DNA from: a virus
Taxonomy: Duplodnaviria; Caudoviricetes
Length of the DNA stretch: 64,000 bases
IMG/VR virus record: IMGVR_UViG_3300027864_000205
Location: 9,929 to 73,928 of that record
Strand: one strand, 5' to 3'
Position numbers and translations under genes: made by a program. The notes beneath the pieces were generated by a model, which saw nothing but the letters and a program-made list of their open reading frames with translations, searched no databases and was not told the origin of the DNA. This document shows positions 18,780 to 27,972 of the stretch, piece by piece. The stretch's first letter is position 1. Each line of letters starts with the position of its first letter.

Positions 18780-20370
18780 CTGCATCCCCCTTGCCTTGCA
18801 TATCACCGACATCGAGTAACAGTGAGCGAACTTCCTTCATAATGGCAGCTATATCTCTATCGCCACTCTTGGTCGCTTTCTCTATCTGTGCTGCAAGCTC
18901 CTCGGTTACAGACTCTGTAGTATCTAACCCTTTAAGCTTACCTGCAATTGCCACGGATGAGCGCAGATACGCCACAGGGATTTCGCCCCATTCGCCGGGG
19001 TAAGCTTCCGCTGTTTCTCCGAGGGCATTGTAAGCTATCTCTTTTGCTTTGTTAGGAGACAAGCCTCCGGCACGTTCGCAGATAGAGAGTATTGCACTCA
19101 GGTCTTCAGGGTTTGTCACGTTAGGTGACTTGAAGTACGCCTCAACATACTTGAAATTATAGTCTTTGAGCAACTTATGATTTATTACCCAAGCGAGACT
19201 GGCCCTCTCCGGTTGGAATACCTGCTCTTCCGTAATTTCCATAGCTGTCTGCGCCGTCGCACGGTTGAAGTCGGTCGTATATCCGACATAGAGGTCGGGG
19301 AGCAAAAATGCCGATTGAACCTTTTTGCGGTTATTATTCAGATAGTCCTGAAAGAGTTCGTCTTTCTGCAATATCTCTGCAAGCGGCACGGTCTGTATTT
19401 CGGGAGGTTTTTCTTGGTCGAGTAATGTAGTGGAATCTGCAGATTCAGCCTCCAGCACCATAAATGAATGCTGCCCGGATTCACCCTTGATATCGTTCAT
19501 GTATGCTTTAAGTTTTTCGAAGCTACCATCTGACAGTTTGCCGTTCTTAATGAGTATGAGTAGCGGAGTGTGCCGCCCTTCCCCGAAGTAGCGGTTATTG
19601 AGTTCTTCTGCTTTGCGAGCGCCGTCAACTCCGAGTATTTGACCTATCCAGCGAATCTCTCCGTAAATCTCTGTGCCTATTGCGAACTCCATTATCTCAT
19701 TCGCTTGATCCTCGGGCGCAAGCGCGTCAACGTACTTGCCAGTGGTTTTATTCATGATGCGCGGGTCGCCCATCTCCTTAAAGTATACAGTCTTATTTCC
19801 GGTGGTCTGACGGTACTTGCAGAATTTACGCTTCCTTGTCTCAGTTTGCCCATTGATGTTGTAATCAACATCAACATAAGGCTCAAGAGGCGCAGTTTTG
19901 CGGATACTCTTTGTATTGATGATAAATTCTATACCGTCAACTTCCCCGCCGACGTTTCGGAGTGCTTCGATGTATGATATGCCGTAAGTCTCACGCGCCT
20001 CAATAACGTCCTCAAACACTTCTTTGGTGTCTTTATCCATGTTGAGCAGGTTTATTATATTTTCGGCCTTGGTGTATTCGTTTTTCATTTCAGGCGTTTC
20101 TGTTGAGTAGTCCATCTTGTATCTTACGCCGATACCAAACCCTGCAATATTGTATTTGTACGCTCGTATGCACTGAGGGAGAATTGACGAATGCTTCACA
20201 TGAATCGAAAGCCCTTCGAATTCAAGCGTAGGCTCTACCCACCCAAAAGCAAATGCGTCTGCCTGTTCCTTTACCTGTGCCGACGTAGCTCCTTTTTCAA
20301 CTGGTTGTTCGGCCGGGGAATCAGCTTTGACTATATGCACATTGTATGTTTTCAAGCTTTTATCAGACAT
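18760..20370 (-). CDS. Portal protein (PBSX/XkdE family)
   Basis: SSILPQCIRAYKYNIAGFG, GARKAEELN.RYF..GRHTP, DFNRATAQTA motifs. Confidence 0.92.
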   Translation of the reverse strand: MSDKSLKTYNVHIVKADSPAEQPVEKGATSAQVKEQADAFAFGWVEPTLEFEGLSIHVKHSSILPQCIRAYKYNIAGFGIGVRYKMDYSTETPEMKNEYTKAENIINLLNMDKDTKEVFEDVIEARETYGISYIEALRNVGGEVDGIEFIINTKSIRKTAPLEPYVDVDYNINGQTETRKRKFCKYRQTTGNKTVYFKEMGDPRIMNKTTGKYVDALAPEDQANEIMEFAIGTEIYGEIRWIGQILGVDGARKAEELNNRYFGEGRHTPLLILIKNGKLSDGSFEKLKAYMNDIKGESGQHSFMVLEAESADSTTLLDQEKPPEIQTVPLAEILQKDELFQDYLNNNRKKVQSAFLLPDLYVGYTTDFNRATAQTAMEITEEQVFQPERASLAWVINHKLLKDYNFKYVEAYFKSPNVTNPEDLSAILSICERAGGLSPNKAKEIAYNALGETAEAYPGEWGEIPVAYLRSSVAIAGKLKGLDTTESVTEELAAQIEKATKSGDRDIAAIMKEVRSLLLDVGDMQGKGDADVEESY

Positions 20371-20394
20371 GCCTTAATCTCCTTGCGTTAATAT

Positions 20395-21840
20395 CTATCT
20401 CTTATCTTTTGCCGCCGGTTTATCGTCCTTCAGGTTTACCGGGAGGCAGCAGAGAAGCAGACAATCAGCCTCATCGGGTGATGGGAGTCCACGCTCTTTC
20501 ATCGCCCTTTTGCTTTCCACCACTATCTTGTTGCGTCCGTTAAGCTCATATTTCCGTGACGAAAGCTGGGCAATAAGATCTGAATCATTTGGCAATATTA
20601 AATCCACCGGTTTCTTTTTGCCCTCGTCATCAATCTGCGACAGACGGTCACGCACGAACGCCATCATTACCGTTGTGGAGTCGTGGTAGTAGGGGTGCTT
20701 ACTATAGACTTTCCCAAAGTGGACGGGCAATACTTCAAGCCACCAGTAACGCTTGGGGTCGCTTGACTTTATCTGGACAAGACGGTCAGTTACGCCACCA
20801 CCTAAGCCGCCATCGTCTATCTTGACAGGAATCTTACGAGCGAACTTGTGCCTGTGCCTCAGTCGCTCGCCGAGCAATACGATTTCAGCAGCAGTCTTCA
20901 TCAGGTTCTGCCCTCGTATTTTTTTATGAAATTTCATATGCTCATTGACTGTGTACCCGATTACCGTCTTGTCATCGCCGTACCGTGCAACGTCACACCC
21001 GATATGTATGCTATGCACTGGCACACCCTCGCCTTGCTCTGACTCGGGATCTGGTATATCCGTATACATGACTGAGTTCTCTATGAGCGAGAGAGGTATG
21101 AATACATCATCTTCTTGCAGCGGGAAGTCTCCGCGTACCCTTACTCTGACGAAATTGCTTTCCTCTCCGTATTTCCTGATATTTGCCTCGATGTTCTCTT
21201 TGTTTGTGCGCGAGCTTTTCAAAGCGTTTACCGTATGGCATTTATAGAGGTCACGGTCTGATGTATGGCTGTCATAAAATGTGCCTGCGGTCTTTGTAGG
21301 GTTGCCGCACATCAAGAGCTTGTTGTTATCGCCGGATAGGGTGCCAAGTATAGCTTCCATGATAGGCTCAGCCACGCCGGAAGCTTCGTCCACTATAAAG
21401 AGCATATTGTCTTCGTGGAATCCTTGCATATTTTCTGGCTTGGTTGCAGTCCTCGCTACTGCGAACCACCGCTTCTCCATGCCTACCATGTATATATATG
21501 TTTTAGTCCATTTCAGAATAGCAGAGAGCAACGGACTTCGTGCTTGCCATTTTGCGACCTCGGCCCACAACACGTCATGCAACTGTTGGCGGGTTGGTGC
21601 CGTTGCTACCACGCGGGGAAAGGGGAAGCATGTTAGAAACCAGAGAAGTACCGCTGCTTCAAGTCCTGTTTTTCCGACACCTTGACCACTCTTTACCGAA
21701 ACCCTTTTTGATACTGCGAGATCCATTGCCGCAGCAGCTTGCCAATCGTCAGGCTCAAAGGTGAGTACTTCTCGAAAGAACAGGACAGGGTCTTTTTGGT
21801 ACATCTTCTGCCTCTGCTTGAAAAAATCATTTCTATTCAT
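20395..21840 (-). CDS. terL: Terminase large subunit
   Basis: Walker A SGQGVGKT, Walker B FIVDEASG, nuclease GCDVARYGDD, SPDEAD. Confidence 0.95.
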   Translation of the reverse strand: MNRNDFFKQRQKMYQKDPVLFFREVLTFEPDDWQAAAAMDLAVSKRVSVKSGQGVGKTGLEAAVLLWFLTCFPFPRVVATAPTRQQLHDVLWAEVAKWQARSPLLSAILKWTKTYIYMVGMEKRWFAVARTATKPENMQGFHEDNMLFIVDEASGVAEPIMEAILGTLSGDNNKLLMCGNPTKTAGTFYDSHTSDRDLYKCHTVNALKSSRTNKENIEANIRKYGEESNFVRVRVRGDFPLQEDDVFIPLSLIENSVMYTDIPDPESEQGEGVPVHSIHIGCDVARYGDDKTVIGYTVNEHMKFHKKIRGQNLMKTAAEIVLLGERLRHRHKFARKIPVKIDDGGLGGGVTDRLVQIKSSDPKRYWWLEVLPVHFGKVYSKHPYYHDSTTVMMAFVRDRLSQIDDEGKKKPVDLILPNDSDLIAQLSSRKYELNGRNKIVVESKRAMKERGLPSPDEADCLLLCCLPVNLKDDKPAAKDKR

Positions 21841-22696
21841 CGCCAGCACCGATGAGGGACTGTATCCACTCGACTGCTATAATGTTTTGCGTAGATTCGC
21901 TCTGACTTTGCTTGAGCCTATTCAAGGATTCGATACATTTTCGCTTTTCAGACTGAACTCTCGAAAGTTCTGCATGGGCGCGTAGCAGCAAGTCGGTGCT
22001 ATCCCGTGTGATTGTATTTACACTATATGTATGCCCCGGCAGACGCTTATCAGCTTCAACTTTTTCTGTTATTCTCTGCTGGTACAATTCTTTCTCTGCA
22101 TCATTTGCGAACTCGCGAAGTGTCTCTCCCCTAATAACTTGGTCAATCATAAGTCCTCGCGAGACGTTACCGAAGTTTTGGATTTGTTGTATTTTGTCTA
22201 ACAGCCAGCGTTCCCTTATTGTGAGGATTGCAATTTGTTCGTTCAGTATACTCTCTTCATCGGTAAGCACTGCAACCATCCCATTAAACAGTTTAAGGTC
22301 ATGCTCGGACAATATGTCCGAGTACGGATTAGGGCGAGAGTATATGCCGTGCGTTTCTGCAAGAGTATTGCCTGGTTGCAAGTTAGGCTTGCCCCCTTTA
22401 TTGCCTACTGCGTTTTTATTGCCTAGTGGCGCTCCGCGCTTCTTGGCTGGCGTTCCCTCTTGTGGTGCGCTCCCTTTCGAAGTGGAGCGTTCCACTTGTT
22501 TTTTTTTCGACGATTTTGTGGGGCGTGCGCTGCCGCTCGACTTTTTGCCGTCCCAGTTGTCGAGAGACTTCCACTTGCGAACTTTGGCTGCGGGAACTCC
22601 TAGATGCGCAGCAATGTCCACAAGCTTGACCGAGCCACCCTTATCATGGTACATCTGCTCGGCTTTTATCCTTTCTTCACTCTTAGGACTTGGCAT
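21833..22696 (-). CDS. terS: Terminase small subunit (HTH N-terminus)
   Basis: LVDIAAHLGV...VRKWKSLDNW HTH; GAPLGNKNAVG; THGIYS; upstream of terL. Confidence 0.85.
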   Translation of the reverse strand: MPSPKSEERIKAEQMYHDKGGSVKLVDIAAHLGVPAAKVRKWKSLDNWDGKKSSGSARPTKSSKKKQVERSTSKGSAPQEGTPAKKRGAPLGNKNAVGNKGGKPNLQPGNTLAETHGIYSRPNPYSDILSEHDLKLFNGMVAVLTDEESILNEQIAILTIRERWLLDKIQQIQNFGNVSRGLMIDQVIRGETLREFANDAEKELYQQRITEKVEADKRLPGHTYSVNTITRDSTDLLLRAHAELSRVQSEKRKCIESLNRLKQSQSESTQNIIAVEWIQSLIGAGDE

Positions 22697-22807
22697 ATTG
22701 CTCCACCTCGTAGTCGAATTAGTGTGTGTTCCTCGGCTTAGTTGCTGGGTCGGGGCAAAAACTCGCAACCTCTCCCCAACATGGTCAAGCGACCTTTTAA
22801 GTTGACA

Positions 22808-22839
22808 GGCTGGGTGTCCGCAAGTATGAACACCCAGCC
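22808..22839. other. GC-rich hairpin between the ParB-like gene and terS
   Basis: ggctgggtgt-N12-acacccagcc, 10-bp perfect stem; no clear U-tract. Confidence 0.5.
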
Positions 22840-22844
22840 ATAAC

Positions 22845-23366
22845 CTAAATATTTGTAAGCAGTTCCGCAGGGCTGTAACTCACATCTTTCTTGACCATCA
22901 TAGTCAGGAAGTCTTCTTTTGAGAAATCGGAGAGCCTGAATATTTCCTCTGGCTTCATACCGAGTTGCTTGCTTATTTCCTCGACACTCTTGCCATCAAC
23001 CATGAGCCTCCGTATGATAGCTTTCATCGGTTCAAGTAAGTGTACTCCGCGTGCCCTGTTATGTGTTATCGTGCCATAGATATTCTCGCTCTCGCCGTCG
23101 TGCTTAACAATGACAATCGGAACCTTGCCTCCAAGCAGAGACCAAAGGGGTTCTTCTCCCGACACGGTCCAACGGTGGAAGCCGTCGATTATAACCATAT
23201 CAGGATTTACGACAATTGGTAGTGTCCATCCATTCGTCAATATGGACTGTGTGAGTAGTTTCAGGTTTTCCTTTGATACTCGATTCGGGTTGTAGTCGTT
23301 AGCTTTTAGCAACTTTCTGTCCACCCATGCAAGCGTTGATAAAGGGGTAAAAACATTATTTTTCAT
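22845..23366 (-). CDS. ParB/Srx N-terminal domain protein (IbrB-like)
   Basis: LKANDYNPN, GWTLPIVV, IIDGFHRW, TITHNRARGVH. Confidence 0.88.
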   Translation of the reverse strand: MKNNVFTPLSTLAWVDRKLLKANDYNPNRVSKENLKLLTQSILTNGWTLPIVVNPDMVIIDGFHRWTVSGEEPLWSLLGGKVPIVIVKHDGESENIYGTITHNRARGVHLLEPMKAIIRRLMVDGKSVEEISKQLGMKPEEIFRLSDFSKEDFLTMMVKKDVSYSPAELLTNI

Positions 23367-24508
23367 TTTGCCACTACCTCCCGTGCTTTTTTCGCATTGT
23401 CTATGTAGCGGCCGTATATCCTATTGAAGAGCGCCCTGTATGCCCTGAGTTTTGGGTCGCCCCTTATAAGTGATTCGTAGATTTCCCGAAAGTCACGTTG
23501 CGATGCTATTGCTGATACCTGCATGAAGAAGTTCCGGTATCTGATTGCTGTTTTCAGCTTGCTTGGTGTGTTGAAGTTTTGCACCATGTTGGCGAACAGG
23601 TTTATAAGCAAAGCTTTGTAATCTTTCTGCTCTTTACCTTCCATTTCACGCCTTGTTTTGGTGCGCCTCCCGAACATTTCAGAATCCCAATAGAGTGTAG
23701 CTAAATATGCGTTTGGTTCTCTTTTCGTTATACGCTCCATCAGGTCCGGGTAGTATTCATTCATCTGCACAAGACTCTTTGCTGTATCAACACTGAAGAA
23801 CTGCGATACCCTGAGTTGGCTTTTTGAGGTGCCAGTCTGCCAAAGGTAGAGGTATATTTCGGGGATTTCTACTCTCTGCTCGAGCAGATATTTCCACACG
23901 TCATTGTTTGTCCAGTCGTATATGGGGAATATCTGCCTTTTGTTGGTCATCTTCTTTCCAGCCATTGTCATGGTTGCGAGATTCTTTAATCGCTGTATTG
24001 ATTCCGCTGCGCGTATGCCGACGATTGTCATACCGTCCATACACATACGCGGTAGCCAATCTTGGTACGCATCTTTCCTCGGTCTGAGCATTGGGTGTTC
24101 CGTTATTGCGAATGATGGAGGTCTTCTTACCCAAACATCTTCTTTTGTTCGGTCCCAGCATATAAAGCTTTCATCTTCCGAGAGTTCATTGAAGCAATTA
24201 AAATGCTTCACTTCCACACAATACCACTCGAAGGAGGCGCCGACCGCAATGAATTTTCTGCGCCAAGCTTTCACCGTGTCCTCAATGCACTTGAAGATAG
24301 CTTCTTCGTCTACAAAGTGTACGACGAGCTGTTCGGCTTTGATTTTACCGTGCTGTATCAGGTTCATTACGACCTGTGCGAGTGCGAGGCTGTCTTTTCC
24401 TCCGCTAAAGCTCATGTAGACAGGCACTCCGTTGTCAAAGACGTTTTTGATGCGCTGCTCTGCCGCTGCAACCACATCAATATCGGCTATACATCGTTTT
24501 ATAGCCAT
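23363..24508 (-). CDS. PAPS-reductase-like PP-loop protein (IbrA-like)
   Basis: SFSGGKDS PP-loop, VGIRAAES..R, FPIYDW...DVW. Confidence 0.88.
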   Translation of the reverse strand: MAIKRCIADIDVVAAAEQRIKNVFDNGVPVYMSFSGGKDSLALAQVVMNLIQHGKIKAEQLVVHFVDEEAIFKCIEDTVKAWRRKFIAVGASFEWYCVEVKHFNCFNELSEDESFICWDRTKEDVWVRRPPSFAITEHPMLRPRKDAYQDWLPRMCMDGMTIVGIRAAESIQRLKNLATMTMAGKKMTNKRQIFPIYDWTNNDVWKYLLEQRVEIPEIYLYLWQTGTSKSQLRVSQFFSVDTAKSLVQMNEYYPDLMERITKREPNAYLATLYWDSEMFGRRTKTRREMEGKEQKDYKALLINLFANMVQNFNTPSKLKTAIRYRNFFMQVSAIASQRDFREIYESLIRGDPKLRAYRALFNRIYGRYIDNAKKAREVVAK

Positions 24509-25089
24509 ATTTCACTATTGCAATGAGGACAGATTATTCGCTTATCACTTTCGGCATCCCCCGCTTGCGGCTCTGCAGGGTTCACTTCAACGCTCGGCGG
24601 CGCCATCATCGCTTCTTTCTTTACACTTCCAGCGTTGATTTGCGCTATTTCCTCCGCGCCTATTTTGCCGTACTCGCCTATTTTCTTTGAAATCTCGCTT
24701 GCATCGGCTACCATGGAGCGAAGTATATCTTCATCGAAGCCAGGCACATCAAGGTCGTGCTTGAGTTCATCTAGAAATGTGTTAAATGTGTCAAGATCGT
24801 CTATACCGAGCCCATAAATCTTATTGTCGGCTATCATCAGTTTCTTTTTCTGATTCTCCGAAAGACCGGATACTCTGTAGAAGTCACCTTCTGTACGGCC
24901 GAGTAGTTGTAGGGTGTCGTAACACCCTACTCCCGCCATGATTGTATTGTTTTCGTCGATGACTATCGGACGTATCTGCCCGAACATCGTTATGCTGCGC
25001 CCAAACTCATGTAACTGCTTTTCTGTATGTATGCGCACGTTACGTTCAGGCTTCTTGATATCGGCAAGAGGAAGGCGTTCGATTTTCAT
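24499..25089 (-). CDS. ParB N-terminal domain protein with C-terminal CPHC zinc knuckle
   Basis: PERNVRIH, FGQIRPIVID, KLMIADNK, IICPHC. Confidence 0.85.
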   Translation of the reverse strand: MKIERLPLADIKKPERNVRIHTEKQLHEFGRSITMFGQIRPIVIDENNTIMAGVGCYDTLQLLGRTEGDFYRVSGLSENQKKKLMIADNKIYGLGIDDLDTFNTFLDELKHDLDVPGFDEDILRSMVADASEISKKIGEYGKIGAEEIAQINAGSVKKEAMMAPPSVEVNPAEPQAGDAESDKRIICPHCNSEIWL

Positions 25090-25865
25090 GCGCCCACCAC
25101 CTCTATATACCGCTTTGCTCCCGGAAGCACCGTTGCAGCCTCGCGTACTATGTCGGGGTCAATTTCAAAGACCTCTTTCCAACCGTTGTCCTCGTTTTTG
25201 GTATACTGACGTGCAGGCCATGGGTGGGTACCGCAAACATATCCACTGTGCCAGTCGTATATAGGCGGCATTGGTAATTTATGGTAATGGCAGTATGCAA
25301 GTACCTGTTCGTGCGACCACTCGGAGAGTGGACTATAGCGTGTAACACCGTTACCCGCCATGTATATGTTCGATTTCCGACCGACATAGTTACCATCAGC
25401 CCGCCTTCTGCCAAGTAACAGAAAGTCTAAGCCTTTTGATTTGTAATATAATTGCTGCGCCCTGTGTTGCACAATAGAAAACCATTTAGCCGCGACTGCG
25501 CTATTTTGCGGGAAGAGCATTTTCGGGTTTTTTGCAAGCCATTCGAGATTTAAGCCTACATTAATGACTTCGCAACTTTTGGGTTTGTTTTCCTGTATCC
25601 ATTGAATAAATGCAGGGTATTCAAGGTCGCAGACACCAATCATGCTTTCGTGGATACCGGCACTCTCGCAAACATGACCGAGTACAATGCTGTCCTTGCC
25701 GCCTGACCATGCATAAGCGGACTTTTTCCCCTTGACCGTTTTCTTAATTGCTTTTACGGTCTCGGTTGTGAGCTTTTCTACTTCCTTCAAGGAGACAAGG
25801 CTCTCTATGTTTTTAAGCGTTTCGAGCCACGCTCCGTTATCAGTTCTTTGCTTTTTACCCAGCAC
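25086..25865 (-). CDS. Second PAPS-reductase-like PP-loop protein
   Basis: AWSGGKDS, LGRRRADGN, SPLSEWS; probable GTG start at 25865 after GGAGG. Confidence 0.85.
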   Translation of the reverse strand: MLGKKQRTDNGAWLETLKNIESLVSLKEVEKLTTETVKAIKKTVKGKKSAYAWSGGKDSIVLGHVCESAGIHESMIGVCDLEYPAFIQWIQENKPKSCEVINVGLNLEWLAKNPKMLFPQNSAVAAKWFSIVQHRAQQLYYKSKGLDFLLLGRRRADGNYVGRKSNIYMAGNGVTRYSPLSEWSHEQVLAYCHYHKLPMPPIYDWHSGYVCGTHPWPARQYTKNEDNGWKEVFEIDPDIVREAATVLPGAKRYIEVVGA

Positions 25866-27234
25866 TTCGACGCACCTCCCATCTTGAAACAATGAGAGCT
25901 ATTGCGGCACTAAGCAACACAGTTGTCAGGCTTCCTATCGTTCGAAACATCGCTACCCCCGCAATATTACCGTATGCAAATATTGGAAGTCCGACAACAA
26001 GAGAAGTTAGTATGCCATAAAACATACCTTTACCTGTAAGTTTCTTACCTAAAAGTGTCAGTATCGTTGGCAGTAGTGTAGATGCCCTCTGTGTGCCATA
26101 GAGCAAAAACAGGTACGTGATGGTTATGCCCGGGATATTCGCAATTATTATCGCGAGTATCAGGGTGGCCGCCATAACAAACTTTGATTTTTTCGCTTTG
26201 TCATAATCGGTCGTGAATGATGCTGCTGCAACTAAACTGCTATCCACTGTCGAGAGCAGTCCCGAAATGACCATAAACATGAATGGCGCGAGTGTCCAAG
26301 CCGGGAATCTGTATATTATGAATTCGAGGTTTACCACTCCTGTATCGGACGGGGTGAAGCCTGAACCTGCCGCAACAAATCCGAGTATAGCCATGCAGAT
26401 AGGCACAACTGCGAATAGAAATGCTCCTATCCTGAACGATGCACCCACTTTATCGGACTTAATGGAAAATGCTCTTTGCCAAAAGCTCTGATCTCCAAAT
26501 GGACCTGATAAAAGCCCTATAGTCGATGGCAAGCCAAAGCCAAGGAAGAGTGCGAGCCCAGCCTCGCTGATAAGACTGCTGTACTGCCCGGACACTGATG
26601 ATAAGCCTCCGACAAAATCACTCATTCCCGTGCCGCTGGTCAGAGTAGTTACTGCAAATGCAACACTGGTTACAATCATTATAACCATCTGTACCGCGCC
26701 AGTTGTCATTGAAGCCTTTATCCCTGAGAATTGCGAGTACGAAAATGCAATAACAGCCAATATGATTGTCAATAGCCAAAAGGGAAGCCCTGTTGTCACC
26801 TCTAACATACGCCCGCCGGCGAGCAACTGTACGGCTGCTGCAAACATCGAAAGCATGGAGAGTTGGACTTGATATATCCCCCGGACTTTTGGGGAGTCAT
26901 ACTTCTCGCCCATGAATGCAGAAAGCGTGATGCCGTTCGGCATCTGAGCGCGTATCCGCTTTGCATAAAACGAGAAAAGGATTAAGCATGCCACATTAGG
27001 CACAAGAAACCAGAAAACGCCCGGCCAGCCCGTGAGGAAAGCCCTCTCTGCCGACACGAAAAGAGCAGGAGCCCATATCCATGTACACCCTATACAGAGC
27101 GAAGCCTTGACTAGACCCATTTTCCTGTTACCAACATGAAAACTCTCATCGCCACAGTCCGTCTTTTTAGTAAAGCCTATCGTGACAATGAGCATTAGTG
27201 CTGTGTAAACTAATAATATTATGATTCCGTTCAT
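25855..27234 (-). CDS. Sodium:solute symporter (SSS) family transporter
   Basis: 459 aa, about 13 hydrophobic segments; TWIWAPALFVS, GIKASMTT, GDQSFWQRAFS, GLLSTVDS. Confidence 0.88.
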   Translation of the reverse strand: MNGIIILLVYTALMLIVTIGFTKKTDCGDESFHVGNRKMGLVKASLCIGCTWIWAPALFVSAERAFLTGWPGVFWFLVPNVACLILFSFYAKRIRAQMPNGITLSAFMGEKYDSPKVRGIYQVQLSMLSMFAAAVQLLAGGRMLEVTTGLPFWLLTIILAVIAFSYSQFSGIKASMTTGAVQMVIMIVTSVAFAVTTLTSGTGMSDFVGGLSSVSGQYSSLISEAGLALFLGFGLPSTIGLLSGPFGDQSFWQRAFSIKSDKVGASFRIGAFLFAVVPICMAILGFVAAGSGFTPSDTGVVNLEFIIYRFPAWTLAPFMFMVISGLLSTVDSSLVAAASFTTDYDKAKKSKFVMAATLILAIIIANIPGITITYLFLLYGTQRASTLLPTILTLLGKKLTGKGMFYGILTSLVVGLPIFAYGNIAGVAMFRTIGSLTTVLLSAAIALIVSRWEVRRSAG

Positions 27235-27307
27235 TTATCGGAATCCTCCTTTTTTAGAATGTTGTTCCTCAATAGCCCGTCATTGGCGACATACCGGGTT
27301 TTCGAGG

Positions 27308-27340
27308 TTACGCTACATCAAGGAGCAGATACAGCGTCAT
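27308..27340 (-). CDS. Candidate 10-aa leader peptide MTLYLLLDVA
   Basis: GGAAGGAGG RBS 5 nt before ATG at 27340; TAA at 27310-27308; in the transporter leader. Confidence 0.45.
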   Translation of the reverse strand: MTLYLLLDVA

Positions 27341-27354
27341 TCTCGCCTCCTTCC

Positions 27355-27393
27355 AACATAAAATGCACCACCCCTCGGCGAAAGGGGTGGCAT
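27355..27393 (-). terminator. Terminator/attenuator-like hairpin in the late leader
   Basis: Minus strand ATG-CCACCCCT-TTCGCCG-AGGGGTGG-TGCAT then TTTATGTT. Confidence 0.55.
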
Positions 27394-27434
27394 GGCGATA
27401 CAAGTTTTACCTGCGGAGGGTTCTCCACGCATTA

Positions 27435-27490
27435 AGAATATCATATCTCGTTCGCTTCGTATTGTGTCACTTTGGCGCATCTTGGCGCAT
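27435..27490 (-). promoter_or_regulatory. Putative activator-dependent late promoter with tandem activator sites
   Basis: ATGCGCCAA twice at 10-bp period (27472-27490) at the 3' end of the ArpU-like gene; extended -10 TGaTATTCT (27443-27435); poor -35. Confidence 0.5.
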
Positions 27491-27886
27491 ATTTCCGAAA
27501 AATGTTTTTATTTTCCTATCAATCTGGCTTTTTGAATACCCAATAATCTTTGCAGTTGCCTCAACTGTGTGCAACTCAATGTACCGGCGTGTGAGTATTT
27601 GTCTCATTATGCTATCGTCAACACCTTCTATGAACCTCTCCACTTCCGTACACTCGTCTTCATATCTCTTAGCTCGCGCTCTGAGCCGGGGTCCTGCCTT
27701 TTTGACGTATCCCTTGATAGCAACCACATGCTTGGAGTATGGCGGCTCGTTTGACGATGCGAGTACAGTATCTGTTATTTCACATGCATCTTCGCTTGCT
27801 ATCTGCTCTTCGAGCATAATTATTTCACTACGGATATTTCCGTAGTTTTCAATTCTACGCCGAGTCATTGGTATAGCATTTTTCAT
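27467..27886 (-). CDS. ArpU/RinA-family late transcriptional activator
   Basis: 139 aa; EVERFIEGVDDSIMRQIL..RYIE C-terminal HTH; last early gene. Confidence 0.8.
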   Translation of the reverse strand: MKNAIPMTRRRIENYGNIRSEIIMLEEQIASEDACEITDTVLASSNEPPYSKHVVAIKGYVKKAGPRLRARAKRYEDECTEVERFIEGVDDSIMRQILTRRYIELHTVEATAKIIGYSKSQIDRKIKTFFGNMRQDAPK

Positions 27887-27887
27887 A

Positions 27888-27916
27888 TTGACAAACCGCC
27901 TCCCATATGTTAGAAT
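27888..27916 (+). promoter_or_regulatory. Antisense sigma-A promoter overlapping the ArpU RBS
   Basis: TTGACA (27888-93), 17 nt, TAGAAT (27911-16) with extended TG. Confidence 0.7.
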
Positions 27917-27921
27917 CAGTC

Positions 27922-27963
27922 TTGTTCAGGGGCTGTCTTCCGTCAGGAAGGCGGCTTTTCTTT
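27922..27963 (+). ncRNA. Candidate ~40-nt antisense RNA ending in an intrinsic terminator
   Basis: Promoter upstream; GCTGTCTTCC-GTCA-GGAAGGCGGC (two G-U pairs) followed by TTTTCTTT. Confidence 0.5.
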
Positions 27964-27972
27964 ATGTTGCTT

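Noticed and set aside
20395-21840. Intein or intron in terminase or other core genes
   Set aside because: Lengths are typical and motifs contiguous; no splicing or homing-endonuclease motifs seen
27240-27432. Assignment to a known riboswitch (preQ1, SAM, TPP, guanidine)
   Set aside because: No recalled consensus fits on the sense strand; a weak preQ1-like string lies on the wrong strand; kept only as an unassigned structured leader
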